From Octopus sinensis (taxonomy: Eukaryota): a DNA stretch of 64,000 nucleotides. How positions within the stretch are numbered: the stretch's first letter is position 1; each line of letters starts with the position of its first letter. Below, piece by piece: positions 52,041 to 64,000 of the stretch. The stretch lies in the NCBI RefSeq assembly GCF_006345805.1, contig NC_042998.1, positions 201,500,001 through 201,564,000 on the forward strand, in the 5' to 3' direction. A program made the position numbers and the translations under genes. The notes under the pieces were generated by a model. It was not told the DNA's origin. It saw only the letters and a program-made list of their open reading frames with translations, and made no database searches.

Positions 52041-55000
52041 GAGATTCCTGAGGATAAAGTAACTCTCTTATACACTAGTATTTATTCAGTGGGAATATTT
52101 CCTGAAATAAATAGGATTCCGTTTCTAAAGTTTAAATTAGTGTATATTGGGTACGTAAGTTTCATAATCTACAAAATTAAACACAAATCAATAACAATAT
52201 ATATTCATCTGGAAACTGTTAGTAACTGTAAAATAAATTACAAAAATATTTTCTAAATAAATTTTGCTGATCTTAAAATAAAATAACACGAAAGGAATTC
52301 ATCTGGAAAATTGTATTTAGATAATAAATTACTCTAAATTATCTTTAAAAATCTTAACTTCAACGAACTTAGAATAGAACGTGCGTAGCTTAACTCTACC
52401 CAAACAAGGGTCCACAATTACTAGTGTTCAGGCACTGGCAAAAATTCACACACTTACACGCGCACACATCGTGGCCGATACCTGTATCATCTTGTTGGCA
52501 CCCGTGCCGGTAACATGTTAAAAGTACTGTTCGAGCATTAGGCCTCATTGAGGCAGTGAATGGTGACCAAGACATTTGGCGATGTACCGCACTTGCGTAG
52601 AGCTTTAAAGCCAAATTTGGTTAGATTTTTAAGTAGAGGAATATTTTTCATTACAGTTCGTTTTCATGATTGTTACAGGCATTCTACTATCAAATCTGAC
52701 TTTGCCATGAATAAGTCTAAGGACTTTTGTGTAAGGACATTTGAGAAAATTGGTAACCTGATGACACCGATAAACTATGTCATGTATTTTATTTATTTAT
52801 TTATTCTTACGTTTCTTAATGGAAATTTGCAGATGTGCAAATTTCGAACCATAAACATTGGCATTTTATGAAATTAGACAGTTTGTAGCATTTACGGAAA
52901 ACTTGAGCATTTTTGAACTGGTGAATGAGTGAAATATACATGACCAATCTGCAAACTCAGAAAGCACAACGGTGTCTATTTATTTTATTTGTATCTCATC
53001 ACTGGTCTAACAATATCTAATGTAAGGCGTTTTGGCTGTAACCATTCCAAATTATATTTTGACGGATTACATAATTCATCTTCTCACTCTGTCTTTTTTT
53101 TGTAAATAATTCACGCCGCTGCTATTAGGGTGACATGTGATCGATAATTTCACTAGGTTGATTTCACATATTATAAGGATCTGTCTATGGTGCAAACACA
53201 GCTGTTTATTGTTAGGTTTCGTAGGTTTTTTGTTTTTTCTTGCTTCTCAATAATCCTAATCTTTCGGAGTAAAATGCAAAAGGAATTAAATTAAAATTGT
53301 ATAATTTCGTCATTTCAGCAATTATAAATTCTGCAGTTGTTAATGAAGAACTTAAATACAATGAAATATAAATTAAAGGCAAATTATAATGTGTGACACA
53401 TGGAGCAATTTTCTGCTGAAATTGAATTCTTTGCTTGTTTTATTTCAAATACTTCACCTTTCCTCGCACGCTAATTTCAATTTTGAAAACGAAAAATACT
53501 TTTTTTAAACACCTTAGTAATTTCTTTTTTATATAAAAGTCAGTAAATACACATTAAAACTATTACATTTCCCACACTGAACAAATTATAATTATCTTAA
53601 TGGCACATACTGATTCATCACTAAAAATAATGAACATTTATATTTTGATTCTTATTCAAATATTTAATTTAAACTGAGTGAAATAAGAATACTCAAGATT
53701 CTTACCAGACAAATATTTTGATTCAGTTATGAGTTGATGCAGAGAAATTTACCTAGGAGTCTTAAACCCTTTTCCTTAATTCCGTTCACATTTGATTCAC
53801 CGGAAACATGCAATTTAATTGTTATTTCCTTGTAAATATTCACTCCATAACACGGTTGTACAGTCAAATGCGCCATACGTGTTCATTACAAATATCAAGA
53901 ACACTTATGTTCAATTGAACGATTTCAGTTTTGTTATGTTTACTGCAGGAGCCAAGGCACTTGTACACTTCCCAGCAAGGAATTACATAATTAAATCTTA
54001 CTTTCACATAACTTTCGATAAAGATTCCGCGATGTCGATGGAATAATCGTTGATTAAAGAAGTGTTAATGTGGACACTCACTATGTTTGTATGTCTCAGA
54101 GAGAAGATGGAAGACAAGGAATTTAGTGAGATTCATATTCAGCATTGCATGCTTTACTACTTTCATAGAGGATACTGAGCAGCTTCTACAAGAGAAAGCA
54201 TGTGTACTCTCTATATTGATATGTGTGTTGACCCTCGTTGAAATACGAGCGTCATTTCGCGTGTTAGTTTTTTCATGAATATTGTATTTCAAGCAGTTAT
54301 GAAAAATAATTCGAACAATACCAGTTGATCGACCATATTTCTTCGAATACTGTAAAATAATCCGTTATCTCCTTTTGTTACTTTGATATTTTCAAAATAT
54401 TTACAGCAGATTCTAACGTGAATGTTATATTTAGCTCACTTTTAATGATGGGTCATCTACTTATAACATGTCTAAACACATCTATTAGACGATATCGAAA
54501 ACTAAATTGAACAGAAGAGCTAAAGGGAATATTTGCTTCTCTAAGTATTTGATTTATTACAGTTATTGTTTTATTTTTCACGTTTTGAAAGGTAATCAAA
54601 CGTGTTATGTAAGAACTTAAGAAAACTCATAACGTGATCTTTTGCTTCAGATATCACAAATGATTTACCATTTCAATATAATGATATTGGGAAAACTGTG
54701 TAAGTTTCAATTTCTTACAACTTAAACCTGATATTTAAATTGCAAATTGACATAGCAATTGTGCAGAGCATGCTTTTGCACTATAATTTTGAAACCAGAT
54801 GCCACGGATAAATATTCATTCAATGAGGGATTTTATTTCAGGAAAAATAATACTAGTTCATATCGTAATTAAAGTTCCATTATCATTTTAGAAGTTATGA
54901 TTTTCATAAGTATTGTAAATTGTAAATCAAAATATATGTTAATAGCTTCAGTATTTGTTTCTGCATTGAAGTCGTATAGTTGCAGTTTAGGAATAACATG

Positions 55001-55546
55001 ACAATATTTCTACAGTTTATAGGAAAACAAATTTCCCCTTTTCGGTCTCAATTGTCAGTGATTGACGAGCTCCCAGATTCAAAGTGGTTATACAATATTA
55101 TCTTTAAAGAAGACCGTATACATAAATGCACGTATATCTGTATGTGATGTTTATATTGCCTCGATACACATTTGGGTAGCGATACTTTTGTTATTTCATC
55201 TATAAGTTGACGTTTCTCTCCAGATATTAAAATCTATCTATAAAATAAAATGTATTGTAATTATATTGTAATATAGTTCAATTAATACCTACTAATATAT
55301 TTGTCGCGAAAGCAAATACCTGCCATAGTTATTCATCTGTTGACAATAAGTACCTCGTTATAACTCCTTCTCCAGGCAGTTCGAACAATGTGTCTTCGAA
55401 CATGTTATTGGTTGTGACACGTAAGGCAGTTTGATTGTTCTTAGGCTGGTTATAATAAAATTAATTCTAAGGCTTATTTCTGTAAGATTTCTAATTCATA
55501 TCGCATTATGAATTTAAAATAAACAAGGTGACTATGGAAAGCCGTA

Positions 55547-55772
55547 TACTCTTTACTCTTTACTCTTTTACTTGTTTCAGTCATTTGAATGTGGCCATGC
55601 TGGAGCACCGCCTTTAGTCGAGCAATTCGACCCTAGGACTTATTTTTTGTAAGCCTAGTACTTATTCTATCGGTCTCTTTTAGCAAACCGGTAAGTTACG
55701 GGGACGTAAGCACACCGGTTGCCAAACGATTTGGGGGAGACAAATACAGACACACAAACATATACGCACACA

Positions 55773-55834
<62 letters not shown>

Positions 55835-55985
55835 CACGACGGGCTCCTTTCAGTTTCCATCTACCAAATCCCCTCACAAGACTTTGGTCGGCCCGAGGCT
55901 ATAGTAGAAGACACTTGCCCAAGGTGCCACGCAGTGGCACTGAACCCAGAACCATGTGGTTGTAAGCAAGCTACTTACCACACAG
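55547..55985 (-). mobile_element. SINE family A, nearly full length
   Basis: Reverse complement of the family A body and tail. Confidence 0.93.
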
Positions 55986-56186
55986 AGATACCAAATGTTT
56001 GCTCAAGCATTGAATTATTTCTTTCAAATAGAATCTATGCATAAATTAAATACGGTTACTCATGTAGAAATCTACTGATATATACTTCATTTTCTATCAC
56101 TTGTTTCTCTAATCCCCATATCGGCAAAAGAGCAGCAGTGAGAAAATCATTTTAAATAAGCACATAGAAAACTGAATTGCTAACTG

Positions 56187-56631
56187 GGATCTTTTCAGTT
56201 TGAACGGCAGTTTTTTCTAGCGGTGTCATATGAAATTGTCACCCATAATTATGACCCTAGAATCGGTCTATTGCATTTCAATATGTTTTAGGGTTAGGGT
56301 TAGTTAGGGTTAGGGTTAGTTAGGGTTCGGGTTAGGGGTGGGTGAAGGTTATCTTTTTTCTTCACAAATGTAAATAAACTCAATCTGTTTCTTAAACGAG
56401 GGACATATTCATACGGCACAGAATGCTTTTTAACTCAATAGAGTCACTGATTGGTTGAAATTACAGAAATTGAAGAAAAAAAAACAAAAAATATCTTACA
56501 AACAATAGAATTTTCTCAATAAATCCAAGAGAAAAAGATGTTTTATAAACATTCTACCAGTATACGAAGTTTAAAAGTGTTTAGTTACCTAGAAATTATG
56601 TTAAAAACTGCTGTTCAAACCGAAAAGATCC
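56187..56631. mobile_element. Non-autonomous DNA transposon with internal telomere-like repeats
   Basis: TIRs GGATCTTTTCAGTTTGAACGGCAGTTTTT / AAAAACTGCTGTTCAAACCGAAAAGATCC; TTAGGG array at 56288-56338. Confidence 0.85.
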
Positions 56632-56850
56632 ATGTATATCTGCGATTTATTTTTAACAAATAATATTTTCCAAAGTTAATTTTAATGTGAATGATGTTTG
56701 ACTGTGAAATATTCTCTACAGGCGTTATATTATTTTCGAGTGGAAGGTTTAATGATCATATGTATTAAAGATTAGTTTCTCTTCACAACCCAACATATGT
56801 AAAATAATTAAACAAGGACAGGAATACATCGAAATAACCAATTGAATACA

Positions 56851-57240
56851 CTTTTACTCTTTTACTCTTTTATTTGTTTCAGTCATTTGACTGCGGCCAT
56901 GCTGGAGCACCGCCTTTAGTCGAGCAAATCAACCCCGGGACTTATTCTTTGTAAGCCCATTACTTATTCTATCGGTCTCTTTTGCCGAACCGCTAAGTAA
57001 CGGGAACGTAAACACACCAGCATCTGTTGTCAAGCAATGCCAGGAGGACAAACACAGACATATATATATATATACATATATACGACGGGCTTCTTTCAAT
57101 TTCCGTCTACCAAATCCACTCACAAGGCATTGGTCGGCGCGAGGCTATAGTAGAAGACACTTGGCCAAGGTGCCACGCAGTGGGACTGAACCCGGTACCA
57201 TGTGGTTGGTAAACAAGCTAGTTACCACACAGCCACTCCT
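56851..57240 (-). mobile_element. SINE family A, full length
   Basis: Reverse complement of family A, ending accacacagccactcct. Confidence 0.95.
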
Positions 57241-57437
57241 ATATTTTATCATTTCGGTGTAAAGCTTCATATGTAAATTAAAGTACGTAAGGTTCATGCA
57301 CTTCATAATGTAAGTTTCATGCACTTCATCCGATCATTTTCACAAATATTTTTTTGTAAAAATCACGAACACTCAACATTTGATTGAACGCCTGTCTTAC
57401 CTTCTCTTTACTACTAAATGATATGTAAATCAGTCAA

Positions 57438-57633
57438 GGCAGTGAGCTGGCAGAAATGTTAGCACGCAAGGCGAAATGCTTAGAGCGGCATTTCACCTGC
57501 CGTTACGGCCTAGGTTCAAATTCCACCGAGGTCGACTTTGCCTTTCATCCTTTCGATGTAATCGACTTAATCCGTTTGTCTGTCCTTGTTTGTCCCCTCT
57601 ATGTTTAGCCCCTTGTGGGCAATAAAGAAATAA
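57438..57633 (+). mobile_element. SINE family B with an internal deletion
   Basis: ggcagtgagctggcagaa...ggttcaaattcc...ccttgtgggcaataaagaaata. Confidence 0.9.
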
Positions 57634-59000
57634 GATACAAAAATCAGTTATGTCTGTGTGTGTGTGTGTGTGCGCGTGTAACAAGAATCAAAACGTTGAA
57701 TTTTCTTCGGCTCTTGTGTATATACAAATGTATAACTACATTTACACCTTAACGGCCAAATATAAACCGAATGCTCTACCACTTATAGGGTTATGAGGAA
57801 AATACCAAATACACTCAGAGAAACGAACTATACTAAGCCTTTAACTCCTATAGAAAATGCATTTGTATATCTTTGCCTATAATTTAATAGAAATTTCAAC
57901 AAATTGTCTTGTTTCATTTCCATATTGGAATAAATAATTTTAAAAAACCATCTTGATATTTGAATGAAAGCTTCTATCTCATGTAAAGTAAAACAAAGTT
58001 AATGTTAAGTATAGCATACTTAACATGAACAGTGTTAATATCAACAAAAATCCTTCTTTTAAGTATGTGAGTTGATAGGGTTCTATTTTTATATAAAGGA
58101 TCATCCATTTTTCCCTATTTATTATTTTCAGAAATAGAAACGAAAAAATGGAAAGGATTTGGAATGGATTTCGAATTGGATATCACGAAAATGTTTTGCA
58201 ATATAAAGTGAACCCATCAAAGAAGATTTGTGATGGATCTATAGCGTGAAGTAACACAAGACCAGAACACGTAAAAATGAATAAAGTTATTTAACAAAAA
58301 ATAAAATGTCTTTTTTACCTATTCGGGAGTTATTCAAAAATGAAGCTTCAGCAGAAATCATATTTAATCGTTGGTATTTTCAATATATACACGTTCCATT
58401 CTATATTTGTAAATGTCTATTATTAATAATGCTATTTTTGCATGTTCACGTTGAAGACATTTCTACATTGATTCATCTTAGGAAATATATGGTTATCGAA
58501 TTACAAATGTATTCTATAATAATAGTAAATGGCGGCTGTTTGCCTTTCCTATTAATATTTCTCTTAGAAATTTCATCGTGTTTTCAGGCTTTTCGAAAAC
58601 AGAATTGTTTTAACGATAACAAATTGCATATAGATTGTTATCTAGAAGTGTTACCAATGGGTTAGTTTCGGTATCAGTCAGTATATCTCAAAGGAAAATA
58701 TTTAATAATCGACATCGTTCACCATATCAAATTCATTTGAAATGCACATCTTATTTCTCGCAGACATAAGTAGACATTCCGCAGCCAAAAAGAGGCGGTT
58801 CAATATATGTGTGTGTGTGTGCGAGCACGCGTACATACATATTAGTCAATAAAGACAAGATTTATGATATGCTATATAGCAATTTGTGTAGTCTTCTACA
58901 TATATATATATTTGTAAAAAATGAAGTTCGAAAATGCTGCTGTATTATACAATTTTTAATTTTTATATATAGATTATAACATGTTTCAGTTATATATATA

Positions 59001-59203
59001 GTTAATCCAAACATGAAAACACAAAGAGAAAACACAACAACGAGAGGACGTGGAACAAGTATCGTGTTATTGGACGCTCAGGAAAGGAAGGGAAGGAGGA
59101 GGGTTTAACGTTTCGAGCGGAGCTCTTCACCAGAAACATAGGAAAAGGAAAGATCCAAGGAAGGGAAGAAAGAGGAAAAAAATCGCCGACGGTACACACG
59201 CGG

Positions 59204-59206
<3 letters not shown>
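59001..59206 (-). mobile_element. Family H1 element with a hammerhead-like motif at 59103-59137
   Basis: Minus strand gttt-CTGGTGA-agagctccgctc-GAAA-cgTT-aaac; TA flanks. Confidence 0.8.
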
Positions 59207-59231
<25 letters not shown>

Positions 59232-59242
<11 letters not shown>

Positions 59243-59478
59243 CAAACAAAATTACCCTGTTGTTGATGTCGAAATTCCAATGAAGGAGGTTTGAATCTAG
59301 GTTAGAACCCGGATTTTCTCTGTTACTTATTGTCTATTGAAATAAAACTGAACAATGGCATGCATAAATACCCTGTTTTTAATGTTAAAATTCCAATCAC
59401 AGTTCCTTGGATCTAGGTTAGAAACCGATTCTTTCTCTGCTGGTTAGAAATCTAGAAAATAAAACATACATACATACA
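59232..59478 (+). repeat. Diverged two-unit tandem repeat (~137-bp period)
   Basis: taccctgtt..aaattccaat..atctaggttagaa..tctctg..aaataaaac occurs twice. Confidence 0.75.
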
Positions 59479-59967
59479 CAGAGATACACAGACACATACA
59501 TAGACGCACACAAACACACATCTATATAGATGTCTGAGTGTCCATGTGTAGAGAAAATTTATCTGTTTACAGGTATATGTCTAGGACGTATTGTAATATT
59601 ATTCAAGAAATTTTTTGATGGAATATTATCTCATGATAATATGTAACCGAAGTGAATTTGCCGAATATATTCATGAAATAAAACAAGATGTTATAACATA
59701 TCTGGTAGCTATCATAATAATATATGCATAAAATAGTAAAAGCCGTAGATGTAGAAAAATGTTCAACTTTTTCTTGAATTCATATTAGCCTTGTATATTT
59801 CACAAGCGTTACTCTTCATCTGCTTATTTTTACCAGCGATGTATGTAGACATAAGTAGTATACTATGACACAGGTATCACGCCTATATGTCTATATGTAG
59901 AGATAGAGTTTGATTACATATCTATGCAGCTGCCTATCTTTTAACGTACATTAGCAACTATTTCTGT

Positions 59968-60285
59968 GGAGGCCCAATGGCCCAGTGGTTAGGGCAGCAA
60001 ACTCGCGATCGGAGGATCGCGGTTTCGATTCCCAGACCGGCCATTGTGCGTGTTTATTGAGCGACAATACCTAAAGCTCCACGAGTCTCCGGCAGGGGTT
60101 GGTGGCAAGCCCCTGCTGTACTCTTTCGCCCCAACTTTCTCTCACTGTTTCTTTCTGTTTCTTGAGTAACGCTGCGATGGGCTGGCGTCCCGTCCAGCTG
60201 AGGGGAACATATATGCCACGGAAACCGGAAAACCGGGCCTATGAACCTGTCTAGGCTTGAAAAGGACGCATAAATAAATAAAAAC
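59968..60285 (+). mobile_element. SINE family C (tRNA-Arg-like head), tail type 2
   Basis: TSD caactatttct at 59955-59965 / 60286-60296; tail includes gcgatgggctggcgtcccgtccag and (TAAA)n. Confidence 0.92.
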
Positions 60286-60301
60286 CAACTATTTCTACGT
60301 A

Positions 60302-60660
60302 TACTCTTTTACTTGTTTCAGTCATTTGACTGCGGCCATGCTGGAGCACCGCCTTTAGTCGAGCAAATCGACACCGGGACTTATTCTTTGTAAGCCCAGT
60401 ACTTATTCTATCGGTTTTCAAGCAATGCTAGGGGGACAAACACAGACACACAAACACACACACATACACATATATACATATATATATACATATATACGAC
60501 ATGCTTCTTTCAGTTTCCGTCTACCAAATCCACTCATAAGGCATTGGTCGGCCCGGGGCTATAGCAGAAGACACATGCCCAAGATGCCACGCAGTGGGAC
60601 TGAACCCGGAACCATGTGGTTGGTTAGCAAGCTACTTACCACACAGCCACTCCTGCGCCT
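60302..60660 (-). mobile_element. SINE family A with an internal deletion
   Basis: Reverse complement of family A, ending cagccactcctgcgcc. Confidence 0.95.
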
Positions 60661-60858
60661 ATCATTATATATCTACATTTTCAGCTATGTTATTTATTCC
60701 ACACTACACAAAGTCTTTCTGTATCAATATCAAAATGCGTGGGTATGCTTGAGTATTATTGTATATCATTTTATGAATGCTTCAATAAGCATTTAGGCTT
60801 GCATGTAAGTGAGTTTGTGTGTATGTTTGTTTGCGTTACCAGTTATAACTGGTTGAGT

Positions 60859-61241
60859 GGAGGCGCGATGCCCCAGTGGTTAGGGCAGCGGTCTCGCGGT
60901 CGGAGGATCGCGGTTTCGATTCCCAGACCGGGCATTCTGAGTGTTCATTGAGCGAAAACAACTAAAGCTCCACGAGGCTCCGGCAGGGGATGATGGTGAA
61001 CCCTGCTGTACTCTTTCACCACAACTTTCTCTCGTTCTTTCTTCCTGTTTCTCCTGTACCTGTATTTCAAAGGGCCAGCCTTGTCACAATCTGTGTCACG
61101 CTGAATCTCCTCGAGAACTACGTTAAGGGTTCACGTGTCTGTGGTGTGCTCAGTCACTTGCACGTCAATTTCACGAGCAGGCTGTTCCGTTGATCGGATC
61201 AGCTGGGACCCTCATCGTCGCAACCGACGGAGTGCTCCTAG
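60859..61241 (+). mobile_element. SINE family C, tail type 3
   Basis: TSD tataactggttg at 60844-60855 / 61242-61253; same head as 59968 but a different 3' half. Confidence 0.92.
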
Positions 61242-62174
61242 TATAACTGGTTGGTCAGTAATAGAATTTTAAAAGTTACTTTTCTCTTCACACATGCTCT
61301 TCAATGAACTCTTGTAATGAGGATTTTGAATGTACACTATACAAATTTAAATTTGTATTTTCGAACTCGTTAAAAAAGTAATATTTCTTTAGAAATTTTG
61401 TATTTCACATTTGCGTGGGGACCAGTTTTTATGGACCCTGATTAATATAAAAACAATGTATGGAGTGATATGAAAGCAATCAATGAATATCCTCCATAAA
61501 AAAAGGGGGAAATAAAATCAGGAATCCAAATCATCGATGAAGAAATATAATGAAATAATATTCACTTTCATTTTTAATAAAATCATAGAATATTTCGCTT
61601 CTTAAACACAATATAAATAAAACATTTTCTCTTTATTTTTATTCACGATGGCTTCACATCACAAGATCCGGTTGGACGCTTGTTTAGTTAGGTTTTGACG
61701 CACTGTTTCAAGGAATCTAAAGAAATCTCAGAAGGAAAAATATTCAACAAATAAACATAGAAACATTTATATTTGGATGGATGTTCCTTTCCACTTAAAT
61801 GAGGGTGCAGTCAGTATAAAATATACTACAACAAAATACACATACTTTGTAAAATATGCTGGTTACGCTAAGAAAAATATCTGAAGATTTCAGCGATGAT
61901 TTATCGATTCTTAAGTAATAGAATAAACAACAGAAAAACCATGAGTGAATGTACATTGTAGAAAATACAAACTGACGTAGCATGCATGGTAGTAAAATAT
62001 AGAATCAAACGAGTCAAAAATAAAGAATAAAACGGAAAATGGAGAGTGACGATGTTCAGAATTATATGTACAGCTACCTAATTTTCTGAAGAATGCTGAT
62101 GTATCAAATAATCAATTTATATTAACATCATGTTGAGAAAACAAAAGCGGACCAAAAAAATAATGGTAGGCATA

Positions 62175-62362
62175 GGTGCAGGAGTGGCTGTGTGGTAAGT
62201 AGCTTGCCTACCAACCACATGGTTCCGGGTTCAGTCCCACTGCGTGGCATCTTCGGCGAGTGTCTTCTGCTATAGCCCCGGGCCGACCAATGCCTTGTGA
62301 GTGGATTTAGTAGACGGAAACTGAAAGAAGCCTGTCGGATATATGTATATATATATATATAA

Positions 62363-62398
<36 letters not shown>

Positions 62399-62600
62399 CT
62401 GTGTTTGCCCCCCTAGCATTGCTTGACAACCGATGCTGGTGTGTTTAATTACCCGTCAGCTAGCGGTTCGGCAAAAGAGACCGATAGAATAAGTACTGGG
62501 CTTACAAAGAATAAGTCCCGGGGTCGATTAACTCGACTAAAGGCGGTGCTCCAGCATGGCCGCTGTCAAATGGATGAAACAAGTAAAAGAGTAAAAGGGT
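62175..62600 (+). mobile_element. SINE family A, full length
   Basis: GGTGCAGGAGTGGCTGTGTGG head through aagtaaaagagtaaaa. Confidence 0.95.
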
Positions 62601-62781
62601 AATATACGAAATAGAAAACGTATCAGAATAAAATTGTAAACAAGAATAAAATAACAAACAACCGTGGGTATAAAAATAATGATGTGTAACTACAAAATCA
62701 GTATAATACTAATAATATTTGTTTTGTAGTTTCAGCTCAGAGCGGTAGCCATGCTGGGGCACCGCCCTTAAAATAACCAGC

Positions 62782-62847
62782 CTCCCCGGCGGGGAATCGA
62801 AACCCGGTTTCCCGCGTGACAAGCAAGGGATACTTACCACTATACTA
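62782..62847 (-). pseudogene. tRNA-Asp(GTC) pseudogene lacking the 5' acceptor strand
   Basis: Minus strand TAGTATAGTGGTAAGTATCCCTTGCTTGTCACGCGGGAAACCGGGTTTCGATTCCCCGCCGGGGAG closely matches eukaryotic tRNA-Asp; the first 7 nt are missing and the anticodon stem is disrupted. Confidence 0.85.
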
Positions 62848-63060
62848 CTTTGTTCACTTTATTTTTTTATTTATTTTTTCTTTTTCTCTCTCTGTACTTC
62901 TTACCCTTTTTCTGTAACACGTGACTTTTTTTGATGAGCAATCTGGTGAGTTTGTTTTAATGACCCACCAATAAATACAGTGCGATTCTCTGCCCTACTT
63001 GTCAGGAGGACACTCGGCAAGAAATGGAAACAGAACAGAAGAAGATGAAAATGAAAATAA

Positions 63061-63230
63061 TACTCTCTTTTACTCTTTTACTTGTTTCAGTCATTTGACT
63101 GCGACCATGCTGGAGCACCGCCTTTAGTCAAGCACATCGACCCCGTGACTTATTCTTTGTAAGCGCAGTACTTATTCTATCGGTCTCTTTTGCCGAACCG
63201 CTAAGTGACGGGGACGTAAACACACCAGCA
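63061..63230 (-). mobile_element. SINE family A, 3' part, joined to the R4/Dong element
   Basis: tactcttttacttgtttcagtc...aaacacaccagca. Confidence 0.9.
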
Positions 63231-63890
63231 GAATATGTGGAGATGGACAAGAAACAATAAATCATATTATCTCTGGCTACCCAGTTCTGGCTAAGAAGGA
63301 ATATATTCACAGACATGACGGAATTGGAACCTACATACACTGGAAGCTATGCCAACATTATGGAATAACAACAGAAAAAAGATGGTATAAGCACACACCA
63401 GAAAAGGTCACAGAAAACGAGAAAGCAACCATACTCTGGGATATGCCGATGCACACAGATGGAGAAATTAAGGCTAACAGATCAGATATAGTTGTCAGAG
63501 ATAATGAAGAAAAAAAATGCTTTCTAATTGATGTATCAATACCGGCAGATGACAACGTGTCTCTAAAAGAAATGGAGAAACTCTCAAAATACAAAGACCT
63601 GGAAATAGAGATAACTAGAATGTGGAACCTGAAAACAGAAACAATTCCTATCATAGTAGGTGCATTAGGCATGATGAAAAAATATTCAGACAAATACATA
63701 ACAAAAACACCAGGACTTACAAACACATATAACATACAGAAAATTGCACTACTAGGCACTGCACACATCCTACGCAGAACACTTTCCATACAATAACCAT
63801 CAGAGCATCACAACAAATCACAGCACATACCCAAGGCACACAGAGCTGCGCTCGGTAGTGAAGTGAAAGCACGCTATAAAAATAAAACTA

Positions 63891-63926
<36 letters not shown>
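63228..63926 (+). mobile_element. 5'-truncated R4/Dong-clade non-LTR retrotransposon (zinc knuckle plus restriction-like endonuclease) with an (AAT)n end
   Basis: RICGDGQETINHIISG.PVLAKKEYIHRHD, ILWD, NRSDIVV, LIDVSIP, EKLSKYKDL, PIIVGALG, IQKIALLGTAHILRR; stop at 63796; 3' UTR; (AAT)n 63895-63926. Confidence 0.92.
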
Positions 63927-63927
<1 letters not shown>

Positions 63928-64000
63928 CCCTGATGCAGTACCCAACAGTGGTTCTCATGGCTTCTGATCTTAACTGATTGGAAGTTTTATCATGTACATT

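Overview
AT-rich, microsatellite-dense eukaryotic non-coding DNA. The SINE families and repeat landscape suggest a cephalopod, probably Octopus (inference). No host protein-coding gene can be supported, and most ORFs in the track are translated microsatellites. The window contains: a tandem segmental duplication (~1-5405 / ~5406-10219); fragments of CR1/L2-type, Tx1-type and R4/Dong-type LINEs; three decayed Penelope-like (GIY-YIG) elements; mariner and hATm-like DNA transposon relics; Helitrons; MITEs; three tRNA-derived SINE families; and a tRNA-Asp pseudogene. The most notable signal is a set of short non-coding elements sitting in (TA)n tracts, often as direct or inverted (fold-back) repeats. 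Many carry minimal type I hammerhead-ribozyme motifs with a palindromic helix III and non-canonical cores (CCGANGA, CUGACGA plus an extra A). A decayed motif of the same architecture lies downstream of a Penelope ORF remnant. This suggests a recently active, (TA)n-targeting, Penelope-mobilised retrozyme-like system. All ribozyme calls were made by eye and are untested.
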